Source: an uncultured Prevotellaceae bacterium (GTDB taxonomy: Bacteria > Bacteroidota > Bacteroidia > Bacteroidales > UBA3663). From it: a DNA stretch of 64,000 nucleotides. The position numbers and the translations under genes are program-made. The DNA is taken from contig CAZMOE010000004.1 of the NCBI GenBank assembly GCA_964567855.1, positions 10,544-74,543 of the forward strand, in the 5' to 3' direction. Positions 1-9,502 of the stretch are shown in pieces. Numbering within the stretch: the stretch's first letter is position 1; every line of letters begins with the position of its first letter. The notes under the pieces are model-generated. The model had not been told where the DNA came from. It worked only from the letters and a program-made list of their open reading frames with translations, and ran no database searches.

Positions 1-252
1 GGAGAGCGCCATTTCAAACAAGGAAAAGAGCGCATTACCGAGACCTCCTATCTCTGCAAGGCCTGCGGGAAGAGCACCGTCAGACAACACCGGGAAGACA
101 ATTCCGATCACTTCGGCAACGGTCTGGGCGGCGGCATCTTTCTGGGTGGAGGATTGGGTGGAGGCCGTAGCAGCGGAGGCGGATTCGGGGGCGGATTCGG
201 CTCCTTTGGCGGAGGAAGTTTCGGCGGGGGAGGCGCCGGAAGTAAATTCTGA
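1..252 (+). CDS. 3' end of a CDS entering from the left edge; glycine-rich C-terminal tail protein (TPM/YgcG-like tail), partial
   Basis: Frame 1 is open from nt 1 to TGA at 250-252. Translation ends ...CKACGKSTVRQHREDNSDHFGNGLGGGIFLGGGLGGGRSSGGGFGGGFGSFGGGSFGGGGAGSKF*. Gly-rich tails like this are typical of membrane TPM/YgcG proteins that neighbour LemA. Absent from the ORF track because the start is off-window. Confidence 0.45.
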   Translation, partial: GERHFKQGKERITETSYLCKACGKSTVRQHREDNSDHFGNGLGGGIFLGGGLGGGRSSGGGFGGGFGSFGGGSFGGGGAGSKF

Positions 253-357
253 GGATTCCGGCAGCCGGCGACCAATAGCGCAAACCCATGGTCCGCTCCG
301 CCAATACCGCACAATATCCATAATACAATAATCAACCATTCATAAACTCAAAAAAGC

Positions 358-942
358 ATGAAAAAATCAACCATCGCAATCATCGCTGTCGTGGCGATAG
401 TCATCCTCTGGGCCATCAGTGCCTATAACGGTTTCATCTCGAAAGAGGAAAACGTCAGCAATACCTGGGCCAATGTGGAAACAGCCTACCAGCGGAGAGC
501 CGATCTCATCCCGCAATTGGTCAACACCGTAAAGGGATATGCCTCTCATGAAAAATCGACCCTGAATGCCGTTGTCGAAGCCCGAACCAAAGCCACACAA
601 ATTTCCATCGACGCCAACGACCTGAGCGAAGAGAACCTTCGCAAATTCCAGAACGCACAGAACGCCGTGGGCAGCGCGCTGAGCCGGCTGATCGCCATTT
701 CGGAAAGTTATCCGGACCTGAAGGCCAGCGAAAACTTCAGCGAACTGCAGGCGCAGCTCGAAGGGACAGAGAACCGGATCGCAGAGGCCCGCAAACGCTT
801 CAATGCCGCCGTGAAGGAATATAACGTAAGCATCCGGCGCTTCCCGAACAACATATTATCCGGAGTGTTCGGCTTTGAACGCAAAGCGGAATTCCGGTCG
901 GCAGAAGGAGCGGAAAAGGCCCCGGAAGTGAATTTCGATTAA
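358..942 (+). CDS. lemA: LemA family protein
   Basis: 194-aa ORF with an N-terminal TM helix. Then YNGFISKEENVSNTWANVETAYQRRADLIPQLVNTVKGYASHEKSTL, the hallmark LemA core. Confidence 0.9.
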   Translation: MKKSTIAIIAVVAIVILWAISAYNGFISKEENVSNTWANVETAYQRRADLIPQLVNTVKGYASHEKSTLNAVVEARTKATQISIDANDLSEENLRKFQNAQNAVGSALSRLIAISESYPDLKASENFSELQAQLEGTENRIAEARKRFNAAVKEYNVSIRRFPNNILSGVFGFERKAEFRSAEGAEKAPEVNFD

Positions 943-1074
943 ACTCAAAAACGGCATCGGAGACAACTCCGTCCCGCTTTTTACCTCCCCCTGCGGCCAA
1001 GCGATTCTCAGGCTACAGGGGGAGGCCCCATTCCGCCCGATATGTACCGCCTCTCCTGCCCCCGGAAAAGGCAC

Positions 1075-1166
1075 TTATCAACATCGCGGTGGATAAACCG
1101 GTGCGGAAATGGTGAATAACGTCCCGGTTACCCTATGGATAACTTCGTGAATAAACTTGTGAATAC
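1075..1166. promoter_or_regulatory. Array of six DnaA-box-like 9-mers with helical phasing
   Basis: TTATCAACA (1075) lies in one orientation. GGTGGATAA (1088), GGTGAATAA (1111), TATGGATAA (1134), CGTGAATAA (1146) and TGTGAATAC (1158) lie in the other. Each is 8/9 to TTWTNCACA or its complement. Start-to-start spacings are 23, 23, 12 and 12 nt. Confidence 0.4.
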
Positions 1167-1169
1167 AAA

Positions 1170-1210
1170 ATCTCCCCGCTTTGCGGCCGAAGCCGGCAAA
1201 GCGGGGAGAT
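1170..1210. terminator. Bidirectional hairpin terminator between lemA and dusB
   Basis: ATCTCCCCGCTTTGC (1170-1184) pairs perfectly with GCAAAGCGGGGAGAT (1196-1210), with an inner GGC-CGAA-GCC extension. A-run upstream. Sits 20 nt beyond the dusB stop. Confidence 0.6.
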
Positions 1211-1230
1211 AGCAACGTTCATTCAGTTAA

Positions 1231-2250
1231 TCAAACACTTAACATCGCACTACCGGCACTTTCATCCCTGCGGGCAATCATTTCCACAGCCTCGTCCATA
1301 ATGCTGAAAAGTTCTGCAACGGTTTCCGCCCGCAACATGCGGATGCGCGTCTCGCGGAAATTGGGGATTCCCTTAAACAATGGGGTGGCCGCCAGATGGC
1401 GACGAATGTGCAGAATCCCTCTGTACTCATCGATGCGGCCGACACTCTCTTCCACCTGCCTGCGCAGCAGGGACAGACATTCCCTCACCGTCAGCGGTGG
1501 CAGTTCGGTGCCTGTCGTCAGTAAATGACGGATCTCCCGGAAAATCCAGGGCCTGCCGAAAGTAGCGCGACCTACCATGATGGCATCGACTCCGTAACGT
1601 TCAAATTTTTCACGTGCCACTACGGCAGAAGTGACATCCCCGTTGCCGATGATCGGAATCCGGATGCGCGGATTATTCTTTACTTTGCCGATGAGGGTCC
1701 AATCGGCTTCGCCGGTGTACATCTGGCTGCGCGTGCGACCGTGAATGGCCAGCGCCGCAATGCCGCAGTCCTGCAATTGTTCGGCAAGCGTGTCGATGAT
1801 CTTGTTCTCGCAGTCCCAGCCGAGACGGGTCTTGACCGTGACAGGCAGATTCACAGCCTTGACGACCTCACGAGTGATCTCAAGCATCAGCGGAATATTC
1901 TGCAAAAGTCCTGCACCGGCGCCTTTGCCGGCGACCCGCTTGACCGGACAGCCGAAATTCAGATCGATAATGTCCGGGCGGGCCGTTTCAACAATCCGGG
2001 CGGCCTCGACCATAGAAGCCGTATCACGGCCGTAGATCTGAATGGCCACCGGCCTTTCCTCTTCCAGAACTCGAAGTTTCTGCATCGTCTTGTCGACACT
2101 GCGGATCAGCGCGTCGGCCGATACAAATTCCGAATAAACCATATCGGCGCCCTGTTCTTTACAAAGAAGACGGAAGCCGACGTCGGTCACATCTTCCATG
2201 GGGGCAAGGAAGACTGCACGATCCGGGAACGTAAGATTTGCTATTTTCAT
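1231..2250 (-). CDS. dusB: tRNA-dihydrouridine synthase
   Basis: 339 aa. FLAPMEDVTDVGFRLLCKEQGADMVYSEFVSADALIR and NFGCPVKRVAGKGAGAGLL are classic Dus family motifs. Confidence 0.9.
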   Translation of the reverse strand: MKIANLTFPDRAVFLAPMEDVTDVGFRLLCKEQGADMVYSEFVSADALIRSVDKTMQKLRVLEEERPVAIQIYGRDTASMVEAARIVETARPDIIDLNFGCPVKRVAGKGAGAGLLQNIPLMLEITREVVKAVNLPVTVKTRLGWDCENKIIDTLAEQLQDCGIAALAIHGRTRSQMYTGEADWTLIGKVKNNPRIRIPIIGNGDVTSAVVAREKFERYGVDAIMVGRATFGRPWIFREIRHLLTTGTELPPLTVRECLSLLRRQVEESVGRIDEYRGILHIRRHLAATPLFKGIPNFRETRIRMLRAETVAELFSIMDEAVEMIARRDESAGSAMLSV

Positions 2251-2422
2251 AATGCAAAGATATGCAAATTACGCCAACAATAATAATTAAGTATATGACA
2301 AATTAGGGCATATCCCTAAAAATGATTATTTTCGCGTCGGCTTTGAATATGGAATATTTTTCATAAGTACATTCAAATTTCAATCTATTAATAATTAATC
2401 AACTTAATCATTCAACAACTTT

Positions 2423-3106
2423 ATGTGGTTAACATCTTCATCAATCGGCCGTAAAGTGGTAATGAGCGTGACCGGCACCGCCCTGATCCTCTTTCTCACT
2501 TTCCACATGGCGATGAACCTCGTGTACATCTTCTCACCCGAAGGTTACAACGTGGTATGTGAATTTTTGGGTGCGAACTGGTATGCCGTTGCCGCCACCG
2601 GCGCCTTGGCGCTTCTGTTCGTCATCCACATCATTTACGCATTCTGGCTCAATCTCCAGAATCGTCGCGCACGCGGCAAAGAACGTTATGCCGTTTCGGG
2701 CAAACAGCCTATCGAGTGGGAGTCCAAGAACATGCTCGTGCTGGGCATTATCGTCATTCTCGGTCTGTTGCTCCACTTCTTCAACTTCTGGTACAACATG
2801 ATGTTTGCCGAACTGACCGGCATCGGCGATGTGGCCAACGCTGCCAACGGTTCCCATTACATCGGCGAGACATTCAGCTGCCCTGTCTATGTCGTGCTTT
2901 ACGTCATCTGGATCGGCGCATTGTGGTTCCACCTCAATCACGGCTTCTGGAGCGCTATGCACACCTTGGGCTGGAGCGGTAAAATCTGGCTGAACCGCTG
3001 GATCTGCATCAGCCGTATCTACACCACTTTACTTTGTCTGGGCTTCCTGGCCGTTATCATCGCAGGCATCCTGCGTGCATCCTGCGGCTGCTGCGGAGCA
3101 TGCTGA
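2423..3106 (+). CDS. sdhC: Succinate dehydrogenase/fumarate reductase cytochrome b subunit (Bacteroidetes type)
   Basis: 227-aa polytopic membrane protein directly upstream of the flavoprotein and Fe-S subunits. His-containing TM helices (FHMAMNL, LLHFFNFWYN, WFHLNHGFWSA). Confidence 0.85.
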   Translation: MWLTSSSIGRKVVMSVTGTALILFLTFHMAMNLVYIFSPEGYNVVCEFLGANWYAVAATGALALLFVIHIIYAFWLNLQNRRARGKERYAVSGKQPIEWESKNMLVLGIIVILGLLLHFFNFWYNMMFAELTGIGDVANAANGSHYIGETFSCPVYVVLYVIWIGALWFHLNHGFWSAMHTLGWSGKIWLNRWICISRIYTTLLCLGFLAVIIAGILRASCGCCGAC

Positions 3107-3142
3107 TACAAAATTTAGTTTTTAATCTTATATTGGAATACA

Positions 3143-5122
3143 ATGGATATCAAATCAACGATTCTCGATCCCGCATTGTCCCGCATCCCCGAAGGAGATC
3201 TCGCCGACAAGTGGACCAACTATAAAGCACACCAGAAACTGGTGAACCCCTCCAACAAACGCCGTCTTGACATCATCATCGTAGGTTCGGGCCTGGCAGG
3301 GGCTTCTGCCGCCGCTACTTTGGGCGAAATGGGCTTCAACGTAAAATGTTTCTGCATCCAGGACTCTGCCCGCCGCGCCCATTCTATCGCAGCTCAGGGC
3401 GGTATCAATGCTGCCAAAAACTATCAGAACGACGGCGACTCTATCTACCGTCTTTTCTATGATACCATCAAGGGTGGCGACTATCGTGCCCGCGAAGCCA
3501 ACGTATATCGTCTGGCAGAGGTATCCAACAATATTATCGACCAGTGTGTTGCAGCCGGTGTTCCTTTCGCCCGCGAATATGGCGGAACCCTCGCCAACCG
3601 GTCATTCGGAGGTGCCCAGGTAAGCCGTACTTTCTACGCTAAGGGACAGACCGGTCAGCAGTTGCTGTTAGGCTGCTATTCCGCCCTCATGCGTCAGGTC
3701 AACAAAGGAACCGTGAAGATGTACACCCGTCACGAGATGCTCGACGTCGTATTGGTCAAGGACGAGCAAGGTGTTGAACGTGCCCGCGGTATTATCGTCC
3801 GCGACCTCGTGACCGGCAAGATCGAACGTTACGCCGCACACGCCGTGGTAATCGGTACCGGCGGCTACGGCAATGCCTATTTCCTTTCCACCAATGCCAT
3901 GTCCTGCAATGGATCGGCCGCAATCCAATGCTACCACAAAGGTGCATGGTTCGCCAATCCCTGCTATGCTCAGATTCACCCGACCTGTATTCCCGTTCAC
4001 GGAGAAATCCAGTCCAAACTGACTCTTATGTCGGAATCTCTGCGTAACGACGGCCGCATCTGGGTGCCGAAAAAGCTGGAAGATGCCAAAAAGCTCCAGA
4101 AAGGCGAAATCAAGCCTACCGACATCGCAGAAGAAGACCGCGACTACTATCTCGAACGCCGCTATCCCGCATTCGGTAACCTCGTGCCCCGCGACGTCGC
4201 TTCCCGTGCCGCCAAAGAACGTTGCGACAAAGGTTTCGGCGTCAATGCCACCGGTTTGGCCGTATTCCTTGACTTCAGCGATGCCATCAAGCGTCTTGGA
4301 AAAGACGTTGTTGCCGACAAATACGGTAACCTTTTCCAGATGTACCAGAAAATCACGGATCAGAATCCTTACGAAACTCCGATGATGATCTACCCGGCCA
4401 TCCACTACACCATGGGCGGTATCTGGGTAGACTACGAGTTGCAGACCTCCGTCAAAGGCCTCTTCGCTATCGGTGAAGCCAACTTCTCCGACCACGGAGC
4501 CAACCGCCTCGGTGCCTCAGCCCTTATGCAAGGTCTTGCCGACGGTTATTTCGTACTCCCCTACACGATTCAGAATTATCTGGCCGACCAGATCCAGGTT
4601 CCGCGCTTCTCTACCGATCTCCCGGAATTTGAAGAAGCAGAAAAAGCCCTTAAGAGCAAGATCGACCGGATCATGAAGGTACAGGGCTCCCGCACTGTGG
4701 ACAGCATCCACAAGGAATTGGGCCACATTATGTGGGAACATGTCGGCATGGGCCGCACCAAAGAGGGCCTTACGGAAGCATTAACCCTTCTCAAAGGCAT
4801 TCGCGAGACATTCTGGAAAGAGGTTTACGTTCCGGGAACAGCCGATACGCTCAATGTCGAACTCGACAAGGCTTTGCGCCTTCTTGATTTCATCGAAATC
4901 GGCGAACTGATGGCTCTCGACGCGCTTAACCGCGAAGAATCCTGTGGCGGACACTTCCGCGAGGAACACCAGACCCAAGAAGGTGAAGCACTTCGTCATG
5001 ACGATGATTATTCTTACGTCAGCTGCTGGAAATATACCGGCGAAAACCAGACTCCGGATCTTCTTAAGGAAGAGCTCAACTATAAGTACATCAAAGTACA
5101 GACGAGAAACTATAAAAATTAA
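3143..5122 (+). CDS. sdhA: Fumarate reductase/succinate dehydrogenase flavoprotein subunit
   Basis: 659 aa. FAD-binding [36 protein letters not shown] and [10 protein letters not shown] motifs. Confidence 0.95.
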   Translation: MDIKSTILDPALSRIPEGDLADKWTNYKAHQKLVNPSNKRRLDIIIVGSGLAGASAAATLGEMGFNVKCFCIQDSARRAHSIAAQGGINAAKNYQNDGDSIYRLFYDTIKGGDYRAREANVYRLAEVSNNIIDQCVAAGVPFAREYGGTLANRSFGGAQVSRTFYAKGQTGQQLLLGCYSALMRQVNKGTVKMYTRHEMLDVVLVKDEQGVERARGIIVRDLVTGKIERYAAHAVVIGTGGYGNAYFLSTNAMSCNGSAAIQCYHKGAWFANPCYAQIHPTCIPVHGEIQSKLTLMSESLRNDGRIWVPKKLEDAKKLQKGEIKPTDIAEEDRDYYLERRYPAFGNLVPRDVASRAAKERCDKGFGVNATGLAVFLDFSDAIKRLGKDVVADKYGNLFQMYQKITDQNPYETPMMIYPAIHYTMGGIWVDYELQTSVKGLFAIGEANFSDHGANRLGASALMQGLADGYFVLPYTIQNYLADQIQVPRFSTDLPEFEEAEKALKSKIDRIMKVQGSRTVDSIHKELGHIMWEHVGMGRTKEGLTEALTLLKGIRETFWKEVYVPGTADTLNVELDKALRLLDFIEIGELMALDALNREESCGGHFREEHQTQEGEALRHDDDYSYVSCWKYTGENQTPDLLKEELNYKYIKVQTRNYKN

Positions 5123-5287
5123 TTGTTAATGCCGAATTATGAATATTGAATGAGAACGGAAAGCCGGAGCTTCGTTCTTCCGAAAACCGAAAAGGGAGAA
5201 AAGAATGCCTGCCATTCACTTTCTCCTGCCAGAAATCCGGTTAGAACCCTTTCATTCATTATTTGTAATGCTTAATTATAATTTCCT

Positions 5288-6043
5288 ATGGAAAAATTCA
5301 TAAATGTAAACGTAAAAGTCTGGCGTCAACGCGGCCCCAAAGAAAAAGGAGAATTCAAAACCTATCGTGTAGAGAATATCTCGACCGAAATGTCTTTCTT
5401 TGAGATGATGGATACACTCAACGAGCAACTCATTTCAAAACATGAGGAGCCAATTGTCTTCGACCACGATTGCCGCGAAGGTATTTGCGGAACATGTTCC
5501 CTTTATATCAACGGCCGTCCCCACGGTATCGATACAGCCATCACCACCTGCCAGCTGCACATGCGCAAGTTCAACAATGAAGACACCATCACTGTTGAGC
5601 CATGGCGTTCGGCAGGGTTCCCCATCATCCGTGACCTGATGGTAGACCGTTCCGCTTTCGATAAAATCCAGCAGGCCGGCGGCTATACCTCCGTTAACAC
5701 CGGGGCCGCCCAGGATGCCAACGCTATCCTTATCTCCAAGGTCGATGCAGACGAGGCTATGGACTCCGCAAGCTGTATCGGATGCGGCGCATGCGTTGCA
5801 GCCTGCAAAAACGGATCGGCCATGCTCTTTGTATCGGCAAAAGTCAGCCAGTTCGCCCTGCTGCCGCAAGGCCGCGTGGAAGCTGCCCGCCGCGCAAAGG
5901 CTATGGTAGCTAAGATGGACGAACTCGGATTCGGCAACTGCACCAACACCCGTGCATGTGAGATGGAATGTCCGAAGAGCGTAAAGATCAGCAATATCGC
6001 CCGCTTGAATCGTGAATTTATCAAGGCCAAACTGGCTGACTAA
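5288..6043 (+). CDS. sdhB: Succinate dehydrogenase/fumarate reductase iron-sulfur subunit
   Basis: 251 aa. 2Fe-2[11 protein letters not shown], then 4Fe-4S/3Fe-4S cysteine clusters [11 protein letters not shown] and [12 protein letters not shown]. Confidence 0.95.
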   Translation: MEKFINVNVKVWRQRGPKEKGEFKTYRVENISTEMSFFEMMDTLNEQLISKHEEPIVFDHDCREGICGTCSLYINGRPHGIDTAITTCQLHMRKFNNEDTITVEPWRSAGFPIIRDLMVDRSAFDKIQQAGGYTSVNTGAAQDANAILISKVDADEAMDSASCIGCGACVAACKNGSAMLFVSAKVSQFALLPQGRVEAARRAKAMVAKMDELGFGNCTNTRACEMECPKSVKISNIARLNREFIKAKLAD

Positions 6044-6064
6044 AAGAAAAATTCATACCCTTTC

Positions 6065-6111
6065 ATTCTGTCCTTACCGCTTCGATCGAAGCGGTAAGGA
6101 CAGAATCTTTT
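6065..6111 (+). terminator. Rho-independent terminator of the sdhCAB operon
   Basis: ATTCTGTCCTTACCGCTTCG (6065-6084) and CGAAGCGGTAAGGACAGAAT (6087-6106) form a near-perfect stem of about 18-20 bp, followed by CTTTTT. Confidence 0.8.
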
Positions 6112-6576
6112 TCCTCGGCATATACTCCTCTGCCCTCTTAAAAATAACTGCCTTATACCGACTATGAAGTATCCGCTCAATCTCTCCGAACCGTAACTTC
6201 CGCAACAAAAAACATGACCGGCATCACAGAGTTCTGCAATACGAAAAGACCGCACAGAAACAACAGGGGGATACTGCCGCCAAGAAGGATGAAAGAGGCA
6301 TGGCCGGCGCTCTGAGGCTTCCCCTTGGAGATGTACCGCCAAAGGGAAGGGATTCCGGATTCCCGAATAGTGTCGGTTTATGGTTTTACTTGCAATGTGA
6401 AAAAAAACATTACCATTGCAACTGTAAACCGATTCAGGAAACACCGGCACCATCTGTAAAGTCTTTCAGGAAAAAGTTTCTGAGGATGTGAAGTGAAACA
6501 GTAAATAACAACAAATTGTGTGAAGCAGATTCTGGCATAGTCATTCCATACCAAAGCAAGAAATAGACCTATTTCA

Positions 6577-6657
6577 CGAACATATGTTCGTTGGCAAAGT
6601 AAGTTAACTTCGTTGGCCATTTAAGTTGACTTAAATGGCCGATGAACATATGTTCAT
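6577..6657. promoter_or_regulatory. Pair of GAACATATGTTC palindromes flanking a hairpin and a 22-nt direct repeat (operator-like)
   Basis: CGAACATATGTTCG at 6577-6590 and ATGAACATATGTTCAT at 6642-6657. Between them lie CGTTGGCAAAGTAAGTTAACTT and CGTTGGCCATTTAAGTTGACTT, plus the hairpin GGCCATTTAAG-TTGAC-TTAAATGGCC (6615-6640). Confidence 0.4.
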
Positions 6658-7011
6658 AAAATAGGGTGTTTTTCGACAGAAAAGAGCTCTTTATGCCCGG
6701 TAGTGGAATGCGCATCATTTCATTCTCAAACAGAATTGCTCCCGATAATATATGAATGCCGTCCTTGCTTTGGATTTCCGTGCCTCAGTATATTTATACG
6801 CAATTTTTTATCGCCATAATATGAAAGACAATACGTCGTCCTTCCGTACGCAGGAAACTTTGTCAGACCTAAAACCAATGTCGAATCATCCGGATCATGG
6901 CGTTCTGAAAACAATTCATAAAATCAGGTTACGATCTTTCCGATACCGGCACGAATGGCATGTACACAAAAGAAAGGACAGACAAAATTTGCATTTCTCG
7001 CAACTTCTCAT

Positions 7012-7019
7012 TATCTTTG
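7012..7019 (+). promoter_or_regulatory. Bacteroidetes -7 promoter box (TAnnTTTG) for tRNA-Leu
   Basis: TATCTTTG sits 31 nt upstream of the tRNA 5' end. TTTG at 6988-6991 is a possible -33 element. Confidence 0.5.
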
Positions 7020-7049
7020 CAGTCGTTCTTAAGAAGGCAAGACCTATTC

Positions 7050-7131
7050 GCGCGTATGGTGAAATTGGTAGACACGCCAGACTTAGGATCTGGTGCCGAG
7101 AGGCATAAGGGTTCGAGTCCCTTTATGCGCA
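7050..7131 (+). tRNA. tRNA-Leu (anticodon UAG)
   Basis: Acceptor stem GCGCGTA/TATGCGC (one G-U pair). D arm with GGTAGA. Anticodon stem CCAGA/TCTGG with loop CTTAGGA. Long variable arm. T arm AAGGG-TTCGAGT-CCCTT. Discriminator A. No encoded CCA. Confidence 0.9.
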
Positions 7132-7167
7132 CGACATTTCTAAAGAATAATGTTACCGAGAGGGACG

Positions 7168-7205
7168 AACGGTAGAATCGCTGATGATTCTACCGTTTGT
7201 GTTTT
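7168..7205. terminator. Hairpin terminator after tRNA-Leu, also 3' of the convergent MFS gene
   Basis: AACGGTAGAATC (7168-7179) pairs with GATTCTACCGTT (7186-7197) as a 12-bp perfect stem, followed by TGTGTTTT. Confidence 0.7.
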
Positions 7206-7243
7206 AATCCTATAAAAGGTGGCCCCTATATGTCCAGAAGCGG

Positions 7244-8395
7244 TTACGAGCTTTTGGCATAACGCAAATTGAAGACCAATAGCACCAGTCCTCCCATAAA
7301 AGCGAAAGCAGAACCGATAAGAGCCGTGTATTGTATGCCGACATGATGATCGACCGGAAAACCGCCACAAAAAGCGCCCAATGCATTCCCCAAATTAAAC
7401 GCCAGTTGCACCATGGCGCCCCCCATCATTTCCCCACCCGGAGAATGACGCAGCAACAATAGTTGCTGTGGTGAAGAAACTGCGAAAAGCGCTCCTGTAC
7501 AGATACACATCAGCACCACAGCCGCTGCTGCATAACCCGCCAAGAAAAAGGTCGACAGCAAAGCGGCAAACATAACGAACTGAGTGTACATAGATACCCG
7601 CTGAGGCGTAAATTTATCAGACATAAAGCCTCCCAGATAGTTTCCCACGCACATACTGCCGCCCGCCAACAGCATCATGAGCGGCATCGAGGATACCGGA
7701 ATGCCCGAAACCTGTGTCAACAACGGATTCACATAACTATACCAACAGAAAATACCGCCATTGCTGAGAACCGTGGCTACAATCAGCAACCAAGGTTCAG
7801 GGCGACGAAGAAACCTGAACTGCCCTTTCATCCCATTATTCGGCAACGACGGCATTTCCGGTATCCAGCGGCGGATACCGATCATGGTAATTATCCCCCA
7901 AACTGTCGCGAAAGCAAAAACTGCCCGCCAAGAGACCGCATAGCCGACCCAGTTGCCCAAAGGCACCCCCAGCAGATTGGCCACCGTCATGCCCATAACC
8001 ATCAGCGCCACCGCAGAAGCGCTTTTCCCATGACGCGCCAGACGGCTCGCTACAATAGAGCCGACTCCGAAATAAGCGCCATGAGGCAACCCGGAAATAA
8101 AACGTGCCGCCATCGCTATGGAATAATGGAAAGAGAATGTCATAAGCAGATTACCGGCGACAAACACTCCGACCAAAGCCAGAAGAATACGACGCAAAGG
8201 CCAGTTACGCGCCACGATGACTATCAACGGCGCTCCGACACATACCCCCAGCGCATACACCGAAATCAGATGTCCCGCCTCGGCTAAAGAAACCCCGAAA
8301 CCAGAGGCTACATCGGGCAAAATACTCATCATGATATATTCGGAAATACCTAAACCGAATGTACCCAACGCCAAAGCATACAAACCTTTTTTCAT
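7244..8395 (-). CDS. MFS transporter (AraJ/YdhP-like efflux permease)
   Basis: 383 aa with about 12 predicted TM helices. N-terminus ALALGTFGLGISEYIMMSILPDVASGFGVSLAEAGHLISVYALG is typical of the DHA1 AraJ/YdhP group. Confidence 0.85.
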   Translation of the reverse strand: MKKGLYALALGTFGLGISEYIMMSILPDVASGFGVSLAEAGHLISVYALGVCVGAPLIVIVARNWPLRRILLALVGVFVAGNLLMTFSFHYSIAMAARFISGLPHGAYFGVGSIVASRLARHGKSASAVALMVMGMTVANLLGVPLGNWVGYAVSWRAVFAFATVWGIITMIGIRRWIPEMPSLPNNGMKGQFRFLRRPEPWLLIVATVLSNGGIFCWYSYVNPLLTQVSGIPVSSMPLMMLLAGGSMCVGNYLGGFMSDKFTPQRVSMYTQFVMFAALLSTFFLAGYAAAAVVLMCICTGALFAVSSPQQLLLLRHSPGGEMMGGAMVQLAFNLGNALGAFCGGFPVDHHVGIQYTALIGSAFAFMGGLVLLVFNLRYAKSS

Positions 8396-8568
8396 ACCTG
8401 TCGCAGCATTTATTCTATAGTCCCAATTAATATAAACGACAAATGCGGCGCAAAGGTAAAAGGTTGTTCCTTTTAGCGGTCAATTTTCCGCCCCGGAAAT
8501 TATCTCTATGGTCGGCAAAAGCGAGACTTTTGAATCATCAGAATAGCAAAATCAGATTTCATAAATGG

Positions 8569-9354
8569 TCACCGAGAATCATCCCGGCGATGCAACCAGC
8601 TCATCCTCTCGTCCGCAGACATTTTTTCGATGGCATAACGCAACATCGTGCGTGGCATCCGCCCTGCATGTTCTTCAAGGAATCCGCACAAAACTGCCAT
8701 GTCGCGTTTGCCCGCCTCGCGCAACATCCAGCCCACCGCCTTATGAATCAAATCGTGCGGATGCGACAGCAGCAATGCGGCAATCCGCAACGTATCGGCA
8801 AATTCCCCATGACGAATCAGCATCCAAGTGGAAACGATGGCGATGCGTTGCTCCCAAAGATTATCGCTCCCGGCCAGACGATCCAACACCGAACGGTCCG
8901 GCAATGCTCCATCGGCCGACGGATGAAGCAGCCATTCCCCAATCACATATTGGGCCGAAAGATCGACCAGATCCCAATTGTTTGCACATCGGGCATGTTC
9001 CAGATAAAAGGCCGCCAAGGCGTCGCGCCGGGCCGGATTTCCCTCCGCATCCCCCTTCCTTGTAGGCAAAAGAGCTTTCATCTGAAGCACAAGAATCAGA
9101 AATCCGCATAACCGGATTTCATGCCAAGGATTGAACAGTAGCTGTTCCACCTCTGACCACGACAAGCCGACAGCCTGCCGTGCCACGGCTCTTGTCTGCG
9201 GCACCCGCACGCCGAGAAAACGATCGCCTTCGCCATATTGCCCTTTCCCGGTCTTAAAAAAACCTGCCAGATGGACAGCCTGCCGTTCATCTCCCAACTC
9301 TTTCATCACCGCTGCGACTTCCGCAGCTGTCATTCCCGATGTTTTCATATACAT
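8569..9354 (-). CDS. DNA alkylation repair protein (AlkD-like HEAT-repeat)
   Basis: 261 aa. FFKTGKGQYGEGDRFLGVRVPQTR ... NNWDLVDLSA ... WEQRIAIVSTW ... HDLIHKAVGWMLRE matches the DNA alkylation repair enzyme family pattern. Confidence 0.8.
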   Translation of the reverse strand: MYMKTSGMTAAEVAAVMKELGDERQAVHLAGFFKTGKGQYGEGDRFLGVRVPQTRAVARQAVGLSWSEVEQLLFNPWHEIRLCGFLILVLQMKALLPTRKGDAEGNPARRDALAAFYLEHARCANNWDLVDLSAQYVIGEWLLHPSADGALPDRSVLDRLAGSDNLWEQRIAIVSTWMLIRHGEFADTLRIAALLLSHPHDLIHKAVGWMLREAGKRDMAVLCGFLEEHAGRMPRTMLRYAIEKMSADERMSWLHRRDDSR

Positions 9355-9472
9355 ATTTAAATATCAGTATTTCCGGCGAAACTTCCTCCCGAAATCCTTA
9401 TCCATGAGGGCACGAATATATAAAAAATCCCCGAATCCGACAATAAAAATTGCTTTTCCACCCCGCTTGCGC

Positions 9473-9480
9473 TATCTTTG
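9473..9480 (+). promoter_or_regulatory. -7 promoter box (TATCTTTG)
   Basis: TAnnTTTG match 23 nt upstream of the ATG at 9503. Confidence 0.45.
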
Positions 9481-9502
9481 CCATCAAAAGAACACATTTT
9501 CT

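Noticed and set aside
1075-2422. Calling this the chromosomal origin (oriC).
   Set aside because: The DnaA-like boxes are all 8/9 matches. No adjacent AT-rich DUE, no dnaA/dnaN nearby, and GC skew cannot be evaluated from one window. Kept only as a hypothesis in the findings.
6752-7108. 118-aa ORF in the ORF-poor region.
   Set aside because: It reads straight through the tRNA-Leu gene and its promoter box and has no protein-like features.
9131-9502. N-terminal 124 codons of the 533-aa ORF-track entry for the metallophosphoesterase.
   Set aside because: This part overlaps the convergent AlkD-like gene on the other strand and has shadow-frame composition. A promoter box (9473) and the ATG at 9503 precede the first TM helix.
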